Origin: Hemiscyllium ocellatum
Taxonomy: Eukaryota
Length of the DNA stretch: 64,000 bases
Assembly (NCBI RefSeq): GCF_020745735.1
Contig: NC_083410.1
Span: 9,150,117-9,214,116 of the forward strand
Reading direction: 5' to 3'
Shown piece by piece: positions 61,286 through 64,000 of this stretch. Within the stretch, counting starts at the first letter, position 1; the number at the start of each line of letters is the position of its first letter. The notes under the pieces are model-generated. The model was not told where the DNA came from and did not search any database. It was given only the letters and a program-made list of their open reading frames with translations. The position numbers were made by a program, and so were the translations under genes.

Positions 61286-64000
61286 TAAGTGAATAATTGT
61301 TGAAAACAGAACTTGGGAATCAGGTAAGCTTCATTGTTCTATTCCTCTGTTGGTGAAAATGAGATACAATACAAAATACAGCAAGTTAAATAGTCTACTT
61401 AACAGGTACAATGTGTTATCACATCAACACAGCAACCAGCAGAGCTACAAGGCATCCCAGAGAAAAGTAGTTACATAACTGGCCTCAGTACCTTGACAAT
61501 TCTTCATTCGAACCTCTGTATTGTATTTCACAATGTCTGTTTTTAGATTAACGTTTGATACAAAATCCATTCCCCTGCCAATATTTAATGCACTCAAACA
61601 AAATACCAGTTCAAGTAGTAGAAATACCACAGTCCATTTACTTAAATAGTTTAGATGAAAATTCACACAGCATTCTGCTTTCCAGATAGACCTGTGTAAT
61701 TAAGTAGGTGTAGCATTGCCTATCTCCAGTAACCTGCACCCTGAACATCTGATCAGTGTTTCAACAATGAAACAATACTGGCAATGAAAAGGCTCTTCTG
61801 GTACAGTGTGTGTCCCTACCTTGTGACCAGGATGCCAGGCTGAAGTCCTACCTGCTCCAGAGGGATATAAGAATATCTCTGAACTGGTTGATTAGAAAAC
61901 ATCTATCATCGGAAATGGAACAATTCTCGATTTTATTAAGCGCTACAGAAATCGAACTTGAAAGCTTCTTTTCAAACCCTTAAACCTCTTCAGCTGAAAC
62001 TATTCAGGTCATTATCTTTTCAGCCATGCACACTAGCATGCAGTCTTTCTTATGGTCTCCCTTGAATGTGAATGCCCCCCAACTAAATCAGAGCTAAATC
62101 AACTCATTGGTCTTTGCTTCTGAAAACTCTTTCAAAACTATTTCTAATATCATTGTGTGGGAGAACAATGATGTTTCAAAATGGCAGGCCAGTACCACCT
62201 TCTCAGGGCAACTAAATACAGCTTTGTGAGTGTTGCCCACAGCTTGGAAGCATTCCTTTTGAAAAACTGTCTTTGCTGCTCTCCCCCTGACTTTTAGAGA
62301 ATCTGTTGCACCGTCTTTCCCCCTGTAGGGGAATAAGGGAGAAGTGTATGAAAAGTTTCTGCCACACATTCCTGGCAGCTGTCTTCAGAGATGCACTGAT
62401 GCAGATCTCTGGGCAGCCTGCCCACTTACTTGCTGAGCCAAGGTTCATTCAGTAACTTAATCATGTGGCATGGACTCTGAGATATACGGCAGTAAGGGCC
62501 ATGCTCAATTCCATGTTTCTGTTCTGTCAGAGGTCACCTGGAACAGCAGCAGACTATTGTATTGCTTTGCCTTGACTAGGCTTGGGACAGAAAATCTGCA
62601 TATCTATGTCCCCCTTACTACAGTCAAGAAACCTGTTTATATATACTTATGAAGTGCTATCATGCTCAAACAGAAAGGATGTGAGTCTACTCAGAATTGT
62701 CTTGTGTTTTCCTTCAGAAGGTAATGAAAGAAAATGGGAGAAAAATTAGTAATTTTTTTAAATCTTTAACAACCAAACTTTTAAACAAGATAAAGCAGTC
62801 ACAGCTAGAACTAGGCAAGGAGCCAGCCATAAACTGGCAAAAGGCAAGCACAGTTATAATATGGGGACTTGTTTTTACACATGGCCTTATCAAATCATCA
62901 AAACATCTCCTAAGTACTTAATGTATTTTGTTGCTAAAGGAGCATTACCTATAATCTCTATGTGACAGCTTTTTTGTGTCAGAAAAGGCCCATGAACAAC
63001 AAGATGAATTGCTTTATTCTCATATGGTGTTGGCTGATGAATGAATGCTGGCCCAGACACCAGAATTTCTAGCTCGTCAATGAATTAAGCATGGGGTTCC
63101 ACAGGCCTATTCGAAACAGAATAGCTATAACCTCATCTCAAGGTCCCATTCAATGAATTGTACGTAGATAGCCCAGAACCTTCTGAGTGCTCCATCAGCC
63201 TGGAATATAAGCTCAGTTCTTGGTTTTGCATTTGCAGCCAAATCCAGAGCAAACCAGAATATCCCTTTACATGTAAAATCAGTGACCAGCAGATGCCTTG
63301 CACATCATTACATATAAATTGCCCAACTTACTTCCACCTAATCAAATCAGATTTACTTTTTTTTTGCATGGACCAACAGGCTGCCATATGTGATCTGAAA
63401 ATGAGTCACTGGACTCAAACTATTAACCCTGTTTTCTCTCCACTGATGCTGAGTTTTTTTTCCAGCAATTTTTGTTTTTGTTTCCAATTTCCAGCATTCT
63501 CATTTCTTTGGTTTTTGTTTAGGCGACTAGATTTGTTGGCTGTGTGGCTGCTAGGCATCTGATAATTGTATTCAGAAGGCAGTGCAGAAGGTGAGAAAAA
63601 TTGGTTAAAATATTCTTTTGAGACTTTAGGCCCATATCCCTTTAAACCTTTCCTATTCGTGTACCCATCCAGATGCTTTTTAAATGTTATAATTGCACAT
63701 AATTCATGCCTTTAAACATAACAGTATGCCCCAATCACTTTCCAGGAGTGTTAGCAATCAAATTTTGACATTACATCTGCCATAATGCAACAAAAGTTCT
63801 TTGAGGAATTCCTTGCTGGGCAAAATCACAGCTTCCGAAAGACAACTGAAGCAAGTGCCAAGGTGAACCAAAATGGATTCTCCATTGAGAGGGTGAAAAT
63901 TTATTTTAAAAATGGAATTTACCCCTGATAAGTGTAAGGTGATGCACTTTGGATGAAGTAATGAGGCAATCCTCACCAGTGGCAGAATGCTAGGAAGCTC

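Overview
Vertebrate genomic DNA, almost certainly an elasmobranch (shark), judged from HE1-type V-SINEs and HER1-type CR1 LINEs. The whole window appears to lie inside the VTA1 gene on the minus strand. Three coding exons are present: exon 2 (31443-31537), exon 3 (14417-14544) and exon 4 (6595-6670). Exon 1 and exon 5 onward were not found and are probably outside the window. Exon 4 appears to use a non-canonical GC donor. The introns are packed with decayed retroelements (CR1, Rex1/Babar, L2, RTE, HE1 SINEs, a Deu-domain SINE), Tc1/mariner-type MITEs and Penelope-like elements (PLEs) of two types. There is a 571-nt assembly gap at 30137-30707. The most notable signal is roughly 20 minimal hammerhead-ribozyme-like motifs (CTGANGA-stem-GAAA-NNTH) from several PLE-terminus families. 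Many sit in 85-250 bp non-coding mini-insertions with 11-16 bp target-site duplications and fold-back (inverted) architecture, and many lie in the sense orientation of the VTA1 pre-mRNA. Nearly all ORFs in the supplied track are repeat fragments or chance ORFs. Repeat boundaries are approximate unless a TSD is given, and family names come from motif recognition, not from a database search.
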